NCBI GenBank assembly: GCA_963976765.1
Contig: CAXBME010000002.1
Span: 310,001 to 374,000 of the forward strand
DNA from: an uncultured Planctomycetaceae bacterium
GTDB lineage: Bacteria; Planctomycetota; Planctomycetia; Planctomycetales; Planctomycetaceae
DNA length: 64,000 bases
Direction: 5' to 3'
The position numbers were made by a program, and so were the translations under genes. Shown here in pieces: positions 1-10,476 of the stretch. The first letter of the stretch is position 1, and each line of letters starts with the position of its first letter. Below the pieces are notes generated by a model. The model had not been told where the DNA came from. It did not search any database and was given only the letters and a program-made list of their open reading frames with translations.

Positions 1-2544
1 GATGTCGTAGCGTTTACCTTCCTGGTCGAGCCGTTGTGACTTCATGTAAACGTTTTCGCCGTCGCTCGACAGAATGTCCGGCAGACCCACCGGCATCTGC
101 AACGTTTCGTGACGCATCTGAAGGTTGTTGCCGGTTTCCGGATCGATCTCGTCGATGATCGATTCAGCGACCATGCTGCCGGTGCGAGCGTCGAGTTTCA
201 AGAAACGCAGACCGCCGTCCAGGAAATTGGACCGACCGGCAACTCCGAAGACAAAACCGCTCTGCACGAGCACGCTGCCGTGTACTGGCCAGACAGATTC
301 AAGCTGTTCGAATGCCATCAGTCGACGATCTTCGGGAGCGGCGAGGTATCGCCAGACGAGTTCTCCATCGGTCGCGCGGACGCAGTAGATCCAGCCGTCG
401 TTCGCGCCGAAATAGGCTCGTCCGTCTTCGATGGTTGGCGGCGAATCGACTCGGCTGCCGGCAGTGAATGTCCAGACTTTCTTACCGGTGGCCGCGTCGA
501 GCGCGTGAACTCGGTGTTCGTCGATCTGTGCTACGAAAAGTTTTCCCTCGGCGACGGTGACGGCTGATAATCGCCCGCCCAGATTCGTGGTCCACTTCGT
601 CGCAAGCTCCGTCGGAACTTCAGTAAGCGATGTGCCGCTGCGAGTCTGGTCGTGGCGGAAGGTTGGCCAGTCATCGGCGACGGACGACGCCGTGATTGAG
701 TCTCCGAACGCCGGACCTTTGACCAGGCGAGCTTCTTCAGGCACGTCCTTCGGTGTCTCTCGCGAGGCAGTTGCGGGAGCCAGCGCATTGAAGCCGTACA
801 GTTTGGCTTCCGGGTAGCACGCACAATTGTGAGGCGGGGCATAAACCAGACCGTTGCACGGCATGATCCCATAGAGACAGCCACCTCGAACCCAGTGGTT
901 GATGTCCCAGCTCTTCTCTTTCGTATCGACGAATTCGATGCCCGTTCGCGACGGCATGATGAAGTTTTCAGTCGCCTTGGCGATGTAGCAACGGTGGTGA
1001 AACCAGTAAGCACTGACGTCGGGCGGGAAGGTGATCTTCACTTCGCCGGTTTTGAAGTCGCGAGCGGTGAAGGCACCCGAGTCGCCTCCACTGGTCGTCG
1101 GCGCGGACCAGACGAGGTCTTTCACGATGAGCAAATCTTCCGGCGACTGATAGCCCGATCGGTCGTGCGGAGCTTCCCACAGAACGTTGCCGGTTTTCAC
1201 GTCGAACGCTTTCATCGTGCGTTCGCCGCCAGCGTAAAGCAGAATGCCTTTGTGGATGACCAGTCGCGGTCCGAAGTTGTAGGTGATCGTGCGGCGCCGC
1301 GCGGCTGGTTCGGAACTCCACTCCATGTCGCCGGTAACTCGATTCAGACAAACGACCTTTGTTCCATCGTGAAGGTAGACTCGCTCGGCGTCTGCCGTAA
1401 GGGTCAGCGGTGCGACCTGCGTACGGCGTTGCCAGTTTGTCTTGCCGGATGCTGCGTCGATAGACATGACGATGACGGGCTTTTCGTTCCAGCGCCAGTT
1501 CTTGCCGACGTCGCCCTGGTCTCCGACGACAGGATTCAACGGTGCGTACTTGACGAGGTCCGATTCTTCCTTGTTGACTGTCAGAAAAAGCGTTCCGTTG
1601 TCGTGCAGAATTTCTTCAGTCGACGCCGTGCCGTCGTAGGTGCGAAGAATTTCTCCAGTCGCGGCGTCGATGGCGGACAGCGGAGCGTCGATGCCCAGCG
1701 TGGCATAAACCTCGTCCTTCGTCGCGACCAGACGTCGAGCGAGCTGAGTCGGGCCACTCTTCAGCGGCCACAGATGACTGTGCCATTTCGGGATGTCCTG
1801 CTTCCAAAGGACCGTCCCGTTAAATGCGTCGCGACCGACGAGCTTCCAGCTTGGTGGAAGCTGAATCGAAACCCGCGAGCCTTCGTCCATGATATAAAAC
1901 AGCCGACCGGCGGCAGAGACCAGAGCACTCATGCTGGCCATGCGGTCGTGGTGTCGCGACCAGCGAGGGCTGCCCAGCCATTGCAGATGCCGAGGCGGGC
2001 CGACGACGGTGTCTTGAGCAACGGCGTTATTACTCGCACTGTGCAGGTAATGAGACCAGTCATCGATGTTGCCCGGACGAGGCTTCACGACTTTCTTCCA
2101 CTCCTCGCCGTTCCGAATGAAGGCGACGCCGCTGGGGGTCAGTGCTCGCAGGATCTCGTCGTTCGAAATGCCGCTGCGGTTTTCGATCACCATCAGATTG
2201 ACAAGGTTCTCGATGTACGGCAGCCGCTCGCCAGTCAGCAGCCCGACGGAAACTTCCCCGTAAACTCCCATTTTCTGCAGAGCTGATCGAGCGGCGTTGA
2301 CCTTCGTGATGTCACGGTCAATACCGTGGACCTGGTAGCGACTGTTGACCTTCAAGTCAGCTGTGAGCTTGCCATCGCTCAGGCCGAGATGAACGACCAG
2401 TCCTCCTTTAATGCCGGATTGTTCGATCAGCGTTGCCGCTTCGGATGCTGCGACGGGAGCGGCGTTCGCTGTTGTTGCATCGGAAGTCAGACCTGGCAAG
2501 ACCATGATCAGCAGAGCAAGCAGCACGATCGTTGGGCGATTCAT
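1..2544 (-). CDS. Secreted PQQ-like/BamB-type beta-propeller repeat protein with degenerate methyltransferase-like N-terminal domain (3' end runs off the window)
   Basis: ATG at 2544 after a GGAG RBS. Translation starts MNRPTIVLLALLIMVLPG (signal peptide), then SGIKGGLVVHLG...YQVHGID. The same frame reads sensibly at position 1 (…MKSQRLDQEGKRYDI). Absent from the ORF track, consistent with no stop in the window. The long + strand ORFs here are antisense shadows. Confidence 0.8.
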   Translation of the reverse strand, partial: MNRPTIVLLALLIMVLPGLTSDATTANAAPVAASEAATLIEQSGIKGGLVVHLGLSDGKLTADLKVNSRYQVHGIDRDITKVNAARSALQKMGVYGEVSVGLLTGERLPYIENLVNLMVIENRSGISNDEILRALTPSGVAFIRNGEEWKKVVKPRPGNIDDWSHYLHSASNNAVAQDTVVGPPRHLQWLGSPRWSRHHDRMASMSALVSAAGRLFYIMDEGSRVSIQLPPSWKLVGRDAFNGTVLWKQDIPKWHSHLWPLKSGPTQLARRLVATKDEVYATLGIDAPLSAIDAATGEILRTYDGTASTEEILHDNGTLFLTVNKEESDLVKYAPLNPVVGDQGDVGKNWRWNEKPVIVMSIDAASGKTNWQRRTQVAPLTLTADAERVYLHDGTKVVCLNRVTGDMEWSSEPAARRRTITYNFGPRLVIHKGILLYAGGERTMKAFDVKTGNVLWEAPHDRSGYQSPEDLLIVKDLVWSAPTTSGGDSGAFTARDFKTGEVKITFPPDVSAYWFHHRCYIAKATENFIMPSRTGIEFVDTKEKSWDINHWVRGGCLYGIMPCNGLVYAPPHNCACYPEAKLYGFNALAPATASRETPKDVPEEARLVKGPAFGDSITASSVADDWPTFRHDQTRSGTSLTEVPTELATKWTTNLGGRLSAVTVAEGKLFVAQIDEHRVHALDAATGKKVWTFTAGSRVDSPPTIEDGRAYFGANDGWIYCVRATDGELVWRYLAAPEDRRLMAFEQLESVWPVHGSVLVQSGFVFGVAGRSNFLDGGLRFLKLDARTGSMVAESIIDEIDPETGNNLQMRHETLQMPVGLPDILSSDGENVYMKSQRLDQEGKRYDI

Positions 2545-2934
2545 CAGGTATCGTCTCCAGAGAAATCAGGCGCGAATCAAAATTCGGTAGGCGCGATGCG
2601 GAGATCTGAACCGGTCTGGTCTGAGATTGCAAATCCGTGACGCCGGACTTCGATCGAAGGGCTGAAACCTCAAAGCCGCAGGTCGACGCTGCCAGCATGG
2701 CTGTGAGCCGAAAGCATAGAACGCTTCATCCTCAGTGTATGATGAAACAGAGAGCCCACATTCATCGCGAATGAATGATGAGTCATCCTGTCACTGCCTC
2801 GTAACGATAAGCCGAAACAGAATTGGGTTGAACAACGTGCTCCTCACAGCTCAACAGTGCGACCTGACAATGCTCGACTCCCAATAATCGGGACTCCCAT
2901 AACCGGATGATTGATCTGGCTGAGACGTCGTCGA

Positions 2935-4491
2935 CTACGGCGTGCTTTCCGTCCCCTCCCGATCAGCGGCTGGCCCCTCGATGGCCGCTCGGTTTAACGC
3001 TTTGAGGTACGCTCGGGCACTGGCGGCGACGATGTCGGTGCTGACGCCTTTGCCGTGGAAGACCCGGTCGTTGACTTTGATTTCAACCATCACCTCGCCC
3101 TGGGCATCCTTCCCGCTGGAGATGCTGCGGACCTGATAGTCAGTGAGGACGGCTTCGATGCCGATCACCCGTTCCAATGCTCGGAAGATCGCGTCGACGG
3201 GACCATCGCCAGTTGCCGCGTCCTGGAACACTTCTTCAGAATCTTCGCGCCGCATCTCCAACGTCGCCGTCGGAAGTACGTCGGTGCCAGCGACGGTGTG
3301 AAATCGTTCGAGCGACCATTGATCCTGGCTCTCGCCGACGTGCCCTTCGATCAAGGCGATGATGTCCGAATCGTAGACCTCTTTTTTCTTATCGGCGAGC
3401 GCGATGAATTCGTCGAAAACTTCCTGCACGAGAGTGTCGTCGAGTTCGTAGCCGAGATGCTTCACACGGTCGCGGAACGCATGCCGGCCACTGTGTTTGC
3501 CGAGGACGAGGTTCGTCCCAACGTACCCGACGTCGTCCGGCCGCATGATCTCGTAGGTGCTTCGGTTTTGAAGCATGCCGTGCTGATGAATGCCGGCTTC
3601 GTGAGCGAACGCGTTCTGCCCGACGATGGCCTTGTTCCGCTGCACGAGCATGCCCGTGATTCTGGAAACCAACCGGCTGGTCGAGAACAGTTTCTTCGTA
3701 TTGATCTTCGTGCCGACCTTGTAATGGTCCTGCCGGGTTTTGATCGCCATGACGATTTCTTCGAGCGCCGCGTTGCCGGCTCGTTCGCCGAGACCGTTGA
3801 TCGTGCACTCAACCTGTCGCGCTCCGGCTTCGACTGCCGAGAGGCTGTTCGCCACGGCCAAACCCAAATCGTTGTGGCAGTGCGTGCTGATGACGGCCTT
3901 GTCGATGTTGGGCACGTTTTCTTTGAGATGCCGGATGATGTGGAAGTAGTGCGACGGCGTTGAGTACCCCACCGTGTCCGGAATATTGACCGTTGTTGCC
4001 CCGGCCGCGATGGCCTTTTCAGTCACTTCGCAGAGGAAGTCGAGTTCTGTACGCGCGGCGTCTTCCGGAGAGAACTCGACGTCGTCCGTAAAGCCCTTCG
4101 CCCGTTCGACCATCTCGACCGCCCGCTGAACGATCTCATCTTTGCCCATCTTGAGTTTATGCTCGCGATGGATAGCGCTCGTGGCGAGAAACACGTGCAT
4201 ACGTTTTTTCTCGGCGTCCTGAAGGGCGTCGCCGGCTCGGTCAATATCCTCAACGCGGCAACGAGCAAGGCCACAGATCGTCGTCTGACTGCCGAATTCG
4301 CGAGCGATCTTCTGCACGGCTTTGAAGTCGTCGGGCGAGGCGATCGGGAAGCCGGCCTCGATGACATCGACGCCGAGTTCGACCAGAGCCTTCGCGATCT
4401 CCATCTTCTCGCTGATTGTCATGCTGCAGCCAGGTGACTGCTCGCCATCGCGGAGTGTCGTGTCGAAAATCGTGATCGTATCGCCGGACAT
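2935..4491 (-). CDS. leuA: 2-isopropylmalate synthase
   Basis: IFDTTLRDGEQSPG, HCHNDLGLAVAN, ECTINGLGERAGNA, HEAGIHQHG and the C-terminal regulatory domain (GDGPVDA). ATG at 4491 with GGAG 9 nt upstream. Confidence 0.96.
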   Translation of the reverse strand: MSGDTITIFDTTLRDGEQSPGCSMTISEKMEIAKALVELGVDVIEAGFPIASPDDFKAVQKIAREFGSQTTICGLARCRVEDIDRAGDALQDAEKKRMHVFLATSAIHREHKLKMGKDEIVQRAVEMVERAKGFTDDVEFSPEDAARTELDFLCEVTEKAIAAGATTVNIPDTVGYSTPSHYFHIIRHLKENVPNIDKAVISTHCHNDLGLAVANSLSAVEAGARQVECTINGLGERAGNAALEEIVMAIKTRQDHYKVGTKINTKKLFSTSRLVSRITGMLVQRNKAIVGQNAFAHEAGIHQHGMLQNRSTYEIMRPDDVGYVGTNLVLGKHSGRHAFRDRVKHLGYELDDTLVQEVFDEFIALADKKKEVYDSDIIALIEGHVGESQDQWSLERFHTVAGTDVLPTATLEMRREDSEEVFQDAATGDGPVDAIFRALERVIGIEAVLTDYQVRSISSGKDAQGEVMVEIKVNDRVFHGKGVSTDIVAASARAYLKALNRAAIEGPAADREGTESTP

Positions 4492-4541
4492 CGGATCGCT
4501 CTCCATGAGCCTTGGGAATCGTTCAGTTAAAAAGTCTATTC

Positions 4542-4686
4542 TCACACGAAGGCACAAAGACACGAAGCATTCAAGACATCAGGGGACGAGATCAGGCAGG
4601 TCTGGGTGTAGCCAGTCTGAGATTCCTGGAATTGTTCCTCTTCGAATTTCTCCGTCATCTCTTAGTGGCTTTGTGACTTCGTGTGA
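4542..4686. repeat. Palindromic intergenic element A (26-bp imperfect terminal inverted repeats)
   Basis: tcacacgaaggcacaaagacacgaag (4542-4567) versus cttagtggctttgtgacttcgtgtga (4661-4686): 23/26 complementary, with internal 8-nt CACNAAG periodicity. Confidence 0.75.
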
Positions 4687-4732
4687 AACTTCAGTCAGCA
4701 GGTAAAGTCAGTTGGTCTCAAAATCAGCCAAC

Positions 4733-4765
4733 AAAAAAACCCTGAGGCCGGGAAGCCTCAGGGTT
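4733..4765 (-). terminator. Intrinsic terminator of the leuA attenuator (3:4 hairpin)
   Basis: Perfect 11-bp stem aaccctgaggc/gcctcagggtt with a 6-nt loop, followed on the minus strand by a U-run. Confidence 0.88.
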
Positions 4766-4801
4766 GTTTTTGTCTGACTCGACCGAAACGGTCAACACAA
4801 C

Positions 4802-4867
4802 CTAAGCCATTCCCGGAGGGAGGGGATGCAGTAGTAGCAGGCTTAGGTTGAGAAGGTCGTGATTCAT
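4802..4867 (-). CDS. Leucine attenuator leader peptide (LeuL-like), MNHDLLNLSLLLLHPLPPGMA
   Basis: 21-codon ORF with 8 Leu codons, including four in a row (CTG CTA CTA CTG) and three CTA codons. It lies directly upstream of a terminator and leuA. Confidence 0.88.
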   Translation of the reverse strand: MNHDLLNLSLLLLHPLPPGMA

Positions 4868-5037
4868 CGGAGTTTCAATTTTCTTTGGTCAATTTGTCGC
4901 GGCTCGAAACCGCTGAAAGTCACTCTACCCCTGACTATCGGACCCGTCAAGCTGCCGAGTCGAGTCAAAATTCACATTCGCGACAACGGCAGACACGAGC
5001 CTGGCTCAACGGGTTCGCACCCCGACCCAAAACATCA

Positions 5038-5121
5038 AACCACGGATTACACGGAATAGAACAGGGATGCTCTAAGGGGGCATCCATTGCTGATCCGTAC
5101 GCATCCGTGAAATCCATGGTT
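5038..5121. repeat. Palindromic intergenic element B
   Basis: aaccacggattacacgga (5038-5055) versus tccgtgaaatccatggtt (5104-5121): 16/18 complementary, with an internal ggatgc/gcatcc hairpin. Confidence 0.7.
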
Positions 5122-5446
5122 CCTTAATTTCGATTGCCGCTGAGCTGGCGATGCCCGGCAACGTGTCAGTCTGGAAGAAGCTGTCAAACCAGGTAAGCGA
5201 TGGCTGTGGACAAACGGGAAAATGAGTTCGTACCCCTTCCGTCCGAGGACGGGCTGCTTTACGCTGGTCGGATCGCTGGTTTGTGGAGCGAAATCCGCTG
5301 TGGCGAAGCGGTCTGGAGCTCGAATTTCGAGGACTCTGGAAGTGGCTCCACCTTCAGGTCATGCCCGATCTGACGCATTCCCCGATGTTGATCGCTGTCG
5401 GATTCCGTTCCGGCTCGATTCGCAAAAAGTGACGACAAGACAGTTT

Positions 5447-5523
5447 TAACCACAGAGGCACAGAGTTTCGGAGAAGCCAGGGAATTACCTCGTTGCATCC
5501 TTGTCCCTGTGCCTTTGCGGTTA
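5447..5523. repeat. Palindromic intergenic element C
   Basis: taaccacagaggcacagag (5447-5465) versus ccctgtgcctttgcggtta (5505-5523): 16/19 complementary. Confidence 0.7.
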
Positions 5524-5598
5524 GAAAAATTGAGTTTCAACATTCACCGCGAGAATGCGGTCGAGAATTCAAAGTATTCCAGTCAAAGGTTCATCATC

Positions 5599-7374
5599 GT
5601 GCTCCGTTCACACACCTGCGGCGAGCTGACAACCGACCATGCCGATTCCGAAGTCAAAATCTGTGGCTGGGTGAACAATTACCGGGACCACGGCGGGCTG
5701 ATCTTTATCGATGTCCGAGACCGTTACGGCCTGATTCAGGTTGTCTTCGACCCGAACGACAGCGTCGAAGCTCACAGAATGGCTGGCTCGCTTCGCAACG
5801 AAGACGTCATCCAGGCAAACGGAGTGGTGCGTCTGCGGGGCGAGGGACTCGTCAACCCGAACATCGCTTCCGGCAAGATCGAAATTCGAGCGCAGGAGCT
5901 GATCGTCCACAACAAAAGTAAGACGCCACCGTTCGAACCGACTGGTGAGAACATTCCCAACGAAGACCTGCGTCTGAAATATCGATACATCGATCTGCGG
6001 CGACCGGCTCTGCAGGAAGCGATGATTCTGCGACACAAGCTGTGCAAGGCGACTCGTGAATACTTCGACAAGCTGAACTTCCTGGAAGTCGAAACGCCGA
6101 TGCTCGGCAAGAGCACTCCGGAGGGGGCTCGCGATTACCTGGTTCCCAGCCGGGTGCACCCAGGCGAATTCTATGCACTGCCGCAGTCGCCTCAGCTCTA
6201 CAAGCAGTTACTGATGGTCGGCGGCCTGGACCGCTACTACCAGATCGCCCGCTGCTTCCGTGACGAAGACCTGCGAGCTGACCGGCAGCCTGAGTTCACT
6301 CAGATCGACGTCGAAATGTCGTTCGTCGAGCAGGAAGACATCCTGACGACGATCGACGGGCTGATCGCTCACATGGTGAAAGAAGTTCGCGGCACGGACA
6401 TCCAGCTTCCGTTGCCCCGGCTGACTCACGCGGAAGCGGTCGAACGATTCGGCAACGACAAGCCGGACATGCGGTTCGGAATGGAACTGGTCGACATCGG
6501 CGAAATCGCTGCCCGTTGCGGATTCGGCGTCTTCGCGAAAACGATCGAAGGTGGCGGTCGAGTCCGCGGCCTCAACGCCAAGGGAGCCGCCGAAAAATAC
6601 AGCCGCCGCAACATCGACGAACTGACCGCTTTCGTCGGCGACTACGGTGCCAAAGGGCTGGCCTTCTTCCGTGTCAAAGAAGGATCGCTCGATTCGCCGA
6701 TTGCCAAGTTCTTCTCGGAAGAAGATCAGAAAGCGATCATCGAAGCACTCGACGGAGAAAACGGCGACCTGCTGTTCTTTGTCGCGGACAAGTGTGAAGT
6801 CACTTCGGCGGCGCTGGCTTCGCTGCGAGTTCGACTCGGTAAAGAGCTGAAACTTTACGACCCGAAAGAGATCAACGTACTGTGGGTGCTGGAGTTTCCG
6901 CTGTACTCACGAGACGAAGAGAACGGTCGCTGGAAAGCCGAGCACCATCCGTTCTGCTATCCGCACAAAGACGACCTGGACAAATTCGACACCGACCCAG
7001 GCTCGATGCGAGCTCAATCGTACGACCTTGTCTGCAACGGCTACGAAGCCGCCAGCGGCAGCGTTCGTATTCACGACCCGAAAGTGCAGCAGAAAGTCTT
7101 TGATTTCATCGGCATCGCCGAAGCAGAAGCAGAAGAACGCTTTGGCTTCCTGTTGAACGCGCTTCGCTACGGAGCACCGCCTCACGCCGGCATCGCGTTG
7201 GGACTGGATCGCTGGGTGATGATGTTCCTGGCGAATGACAATATCCGCGACGTCATCGCCTTCCCGAAAACTCAGAAGGCCGCCGACCAGATGACTGAAG
7301 CTCCGAGCGAAGTTGACGCGATCCAGCTTCGAGACCTGCATATCAAACTCGACGTCCCTCAGGACGAAGTCTGA
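5599..7374 (+). CDS. aspS: Aspartate--tRNA ligase
   Basis: (M)LRSHTCGEL start, [52 protein letters not shown] and [17 protein letters not shown] at 5599 after AAAGGT. Confidence 0.97.
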   Translation: MLRSHTCGELTTDHADSEVKICGWVNNYRDHGGLIFIDVRDRYGLIQVVFDPNDSVEAHRMAGSLRNEDVIQANGVVRLRGEGLVNPNIASGKIEIRAQELIVHNKSKTPPFEPTGENIPNEDLRLKYRYIDLRRPALQEAMILRHKLCKATREYFDKLNFLEVETPMLGKSTPEGARDYLVPSRVHPGEFYALPQSPQLYKQLLMVGGLDRYYQIARCFRDEDLRADRQPEFTQIDVEMSFVEQEDILTTIDGLIAHMVKEVRGTDIQLPLPRLTHAEAVERFGNDKPDMRFGMELVDIGEIAARCGFGVFAKTIEGGGRVRGLNAKGAAEKYSRRNIDELTAFVGDYGAKGLAFFRVKEGSLDSPIAKFFSEEDQKAIIEALDGENGDLLFFVADKCEVTSAALASLRVRLGKELKLYDPKEINVLWVLEFPLYSRDEENGRWKAEHHPFCYPHKDDLDKFDTDPGSMRAQSYDLVCNGYEAASGSVRIHDPKVQQKVFDFIGIAEAEAEERFGFLLNALRYGAPPHAGIALGLDRWVMMFLANDNIRDVIAFPKTQKAADQMTEAPSEVDAIQLRDLHIKLDVPQDEV

Positions 7375-7570
7375 TCGACGGCCGGTAATCTGCGTGGCAA
7401 TTTGATTTTCGGAATCAGAGCGTCGTTGTCGACGACTCGCGACTGACGTTCGAAGGCCGCTTCGACTTGTTGGCGGTCTGAACGTATCTGAAAAACTTCC
7501 TGTTTCGGAACGGCGAACTGGTGTGCCACGATCGGGAAGTCATTTCACGCATGATCCTTAGCCGAGGCGC

Positions 7571-7609
7571 AAAAGAAAACGACGCCCTGGAAAATTCCGG
7601 GGCGTCGTT
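7571..7609 (-). terminator. Intrinsic terminator downstream of flagellin
   Basis: Stem aacgacgccctggaa/ttccggggcgtcgtt, followed by TTTTCTTTT on the minus strand. Confidence 0.8.
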
Positions 7610-7683
7610 GTCAGGTCACTGTGGTTTGTTACGCGGGAGAAAGGTGGCTCCTTTGTAACGACCTGTGGTTCGTCGGGGAACGA

Positions 7684-10188
7684 CTAGCCGAGCAGCGAAA
7701 GAACCTGCTGTGGCTGCTGGTTCGCGATTGACAAAACCGAGATACCAGCCTGACTCAGAATCTGAGCCTTGGTCAGGTTGGCGGTTTCGACCGCGAAGTC
7801 TGTGTCGACGATCTGGCTTCGTGCTTCGGAAATGTTTTCCAGAGCCACTCCCAGTGTCGCGACGTTGGTTTCGATGACGTTTTTCTGAATGGCTCCCAGT
7901 CGGCCTCGCAGAGTGGAGACTCGATCCAGAGCTTCTTCAACGATGCTGACCAGGTCGGCACCGGACTGGCCATCGCCGATATCCAGCAGGCTCTTGCCGC
8001 CACCGGAACCCAGCTCGAAGAGCTTTCCGGACAGTCCGCCAAGACGGGCCGTATTAACAGACTCGATGCCGATTCCGATCTGTCCTGATGACGAGACTTC
8101 CTCGCCAATCTGGAACGTTGCTCCACCGCCGTTGATGGTGAAGCTTGCCGTATTGGCAGCCGTGTTCGCGGAGGTCTCGAACGTGATCGAAGCATCCAGA
8201 GAACCGGTTCTGATCGAGGCTTTCAGGCCATCCGTCTTGGCAATCTGGCCATTGATCGTGACACCGATGTCAGCACCAGTATCTCGACCAGCGGCTGTCG
8301 TGCTGTCACTGAGTGTGGTTGCAAACGAACCGCTCAGAACATCAACTTCGACAAACTGCCGTGAGCCGAAGTCGTTGCTGGTCAGAATCAGAGCACCGCT
8401 GCCGGCGTCAACAACACCGTTCGCCAGACCGCCGGTATCAGCAACAGTTTCCGATCCATCCCCTTCGGCAGTCGCATTGACGATCAGGCTGGCAGACGCG
8501 TCAGCATTGATAGCGGCCGCAACGTCAGCGGCTGTCGAAATAATGTTGCCATCAGCATCGGTCGCCAGATTGACGGTGATATCCGGATCATTTGCCGTAC
8601 CGCCAATTGTGATCGACAGTGCCTGGTCGGCGGCGGCTGGATCGGCAAACGCGACACGAGCCGTTCCAACACTCGGGTCAGACCGAACATCGGTGAACGA
8701 CACGTCGTTGTTCAATCCGTCGTTGCCGTCTGTGAAGGTAGTCGCGGCGGCGGCAATTGCCAAGGTCGTGCCTGTGCCAATATTCGTGGTATCCGTCGTG
8801 ATAAACTCAGCCGCACCGCCAGCCGTCTGATCGGCTGCAATGATATCGACCACTTCCTGCAACGTCGCCCCTGCCCCCAATGTCACGCTGACCGTGACAT
8901 CGCCATTGGCATCAGTTGCTGCTGTCGCAGAAGTAGCACCACCAGATGTCAGTTCGATTGATAGCGAACCGCCAAGTGTGGCAAACGAACCAGCAGTTGA
9001 CGTTGCTCGGTTGTCGGAGAATGTGACCGACTCGCCGTCGACCCCGCCAGTCAAGTCAGCAGCAGCTGCCACGTCAATTACGCCTACCGACGAATCGTTT
9101 GTGACTGTCACCAATGCACTGGCAGCACCATTTGTCGCGATTGCATTCTGGATGTCAGCGAAGTCGGCAGTGGAGTTCCCTGAACCGTCGTCTCTAAGTT
9201 CGATCTCGATGTTGACGTTTCCGCTCCCGTCCGTGGTAATTGCGCTGACCGAAGACGCACCAGACCCACTAGCACCGTTAACAAACGAGACGGACACTGT
9301 GCTGTTTCCGAACGAGGCATCCGTCCCAATCGTTGGGTCTGATCCACGATTGTCAGTGAAGACAATCCCACCACTCGTGGATGCGCCAACTGTCAGTGAG
9401 TTCCGAATCGCATTCGTGCTGAGTTCGAATGTGCCTGCGGTAGCTCCCTTGGTCAGGACCAGACCGTTTCCGATTGTGGCCGAGACACCGGTTGACTCGC
9501 TGACGCTGTTGATGGCGTCGCGGACGTTGGCAACAGTGCTGCCTGCGTCAAACTGAAGCACCTGGCTGCCGATGCCGCCTGAAACTTCAAGTGTCGTGGC
9601 GCTGGAGATGTTGCCGCCGGAGTAACGCAGTTCAGCTTTCTCGGCTGCACTGGTCACGGTAGCGTCAACAGAGATGGACGAGCTGGTCCCGAGCAACGCT
9701 TCGTTTACCTGGAAGTCAGAAATCTTGGCAGCATTTGCTGCTGTGAACGAGGTGTTGAAACCCTTTGACCCGTCGATCAGCTTGTCACCACCGAACGTCG
9801 TGTTTGACGAGATTCGGTTAATGGCAGAGAGGGCCGTATCGATCTGAAGCTGGTTGGCTTCGATCTCTGTGTCGGACAGAGCTCCACTGTTCAGACCTTC
9901 CTGAACCAGCCCACGAATCTGGTTGAGCAGTCCGCTGATTTCACCCAATGCACCATCGGCAGTGGCGATCACGTTGCTGGCTCGGTTGCTGTTTTTGATT
10001 GACTGCTCGATCGTGGTGACCTGGAATCGCAACTTCTCGCTGCCGATCAGGCCAGAAGGATTGTCCTTACCACTGTTGATCTGCGAACCCGTTGAAAGTC
10101 GCTGAATCGCTGAGTCAAGCTTGCTGTTTGCTTTGTTGAGGTTTCGAAGGCCTCGGGTAGCGCCAACGTTTGTGTTAATCCGCGTCAT
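7684..10188 (-). CDS. fliC: Flagellin (834 aa, large variable region)
   Basis: N-terminus MTRINTNV…IQRLSTGSQINSGKDNPSG. C-terminus RGRLGAIQ…ENISEARSQIVDTDFAVETANLTKAQILSQAG…QVLSLLG. Confidence 0.96.
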   Translation of the reverse strand: MTRINTNVGATRGLRNLNKANSKLDSAIQRLSTGSQINSGKDNPSGLIGSEKLRFQVTTIEQSIKNSNRASNVIATADGALGEISGLLNQIRGLVQEGLNSGALSDTEIEANQLQIDTALSAINRISSNTTFGGDKLIDGSKGFNTSFTAANAAKISDFQVNEALLGTSSSISVDATVTSAAEKAELRYSGGNISSATTLEVSGGIGSQVLQFDAGSTVANVRDAINSVSESTGVSATIGNGLVLTKGATAGTFELSTNAIRNSLTVGASTSGGIVFTDNRGSDPTIGTDASFGNSTVSVSFVNGASGSGASSVSAITTDGSGNVNIEIELRDDGSGNSTADFADIQNAIATNGAASALVTVTNDSSVGVIDVAAAADLTGGVDGESVTFSDNRATSTAGSFATLGGSLSIELTSGGATSATAATDANGDVTVSVTLGAGATLQEVVDIIAADQTAGGAAEFITTDTTNIGTGTTLAIAAAATTFTDGNDGLNNDVSFTDVRSDPSVGTARVAFADPAAADQALSITIGGTANDPDITVNLATDADGNIISTAADVAAAINADASASLIVNATAEGDGSETVADTGGLANGVVDAGSGALILTSNDFGSRQFVEVDVLSGSFATTLSDSTTAAGRDTGADIGVTINGQIAKTDGLKASIRTGSLDASITFETSANTAANTASFTINGGGATFQIGEEVSSSGQIGIGIESVNTARLGGLSGKLFELGSGGGKSLLDIGDGQSGADLVSIVEEALDRVSTLRGRLGAIQKNVIETNVATLGVALENISEARSQIVDTDFAVETANLTKAQILSQAGISVLSIANQQPQQVLSLLG

Positions 10189-10470
10189 GGCAATATGCCT
10201 TTCCTAAAGTGACCTTGGTGTTCCCTGGCTCTCCCGCAACCACTGATTTGATTCCGTCATCCGACGGCGTTGAATCAGTGGTTCATTCGAAGTGCCTCGG
10301 ACAGTTGAATCCCTGGCGTCTGAGAAAGTTGTTCCAACGTGTCTTCTGTGGTGTCAGTCAATCTGCCAGCCTCCACGACGTGGAACTTCTGGCTCAGACA
10401 GAAATCTCCTGTTCGGGGCGTCGATCGCTGGGAACATCCCGAGTGATCTATATGGCTCCTGCCAGTGCCT
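10189..10470 (-). promoter_or_regulatory. Candidate long flagellin 5' leader with multiple CsrA-type GGA sites
   Basis: 11 GGA in about 270 nt, including hairpins UGGC-AGGA-GCCA (10453-10464) and CCGUC-GGAU-GACGG (10254-10267), plus a GGA within the SD (UAGGAAAGG). Confidence 0.55.
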
Positions 10471-10476
10471 TGTTTC

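Noticed and set aside
829..2286. 485-aa plus-strand ORF (also 109-567, 3055-3963, 7889-8830, 15850-16857, 27105-28109, 37638-38810, 47887-48897)
   Set aside because: Antisense shadows of well-supported genes on the other strand, expected from high-GC codon bias, with no recognisable motifs.
5130..5440. Possible tRNA, T-box or riboswitch upstream of aspS
   Set aside because: No cloverleaf, TψC motif, T-box consensus or terminator found by eye. An Rfam scan would be decisive.
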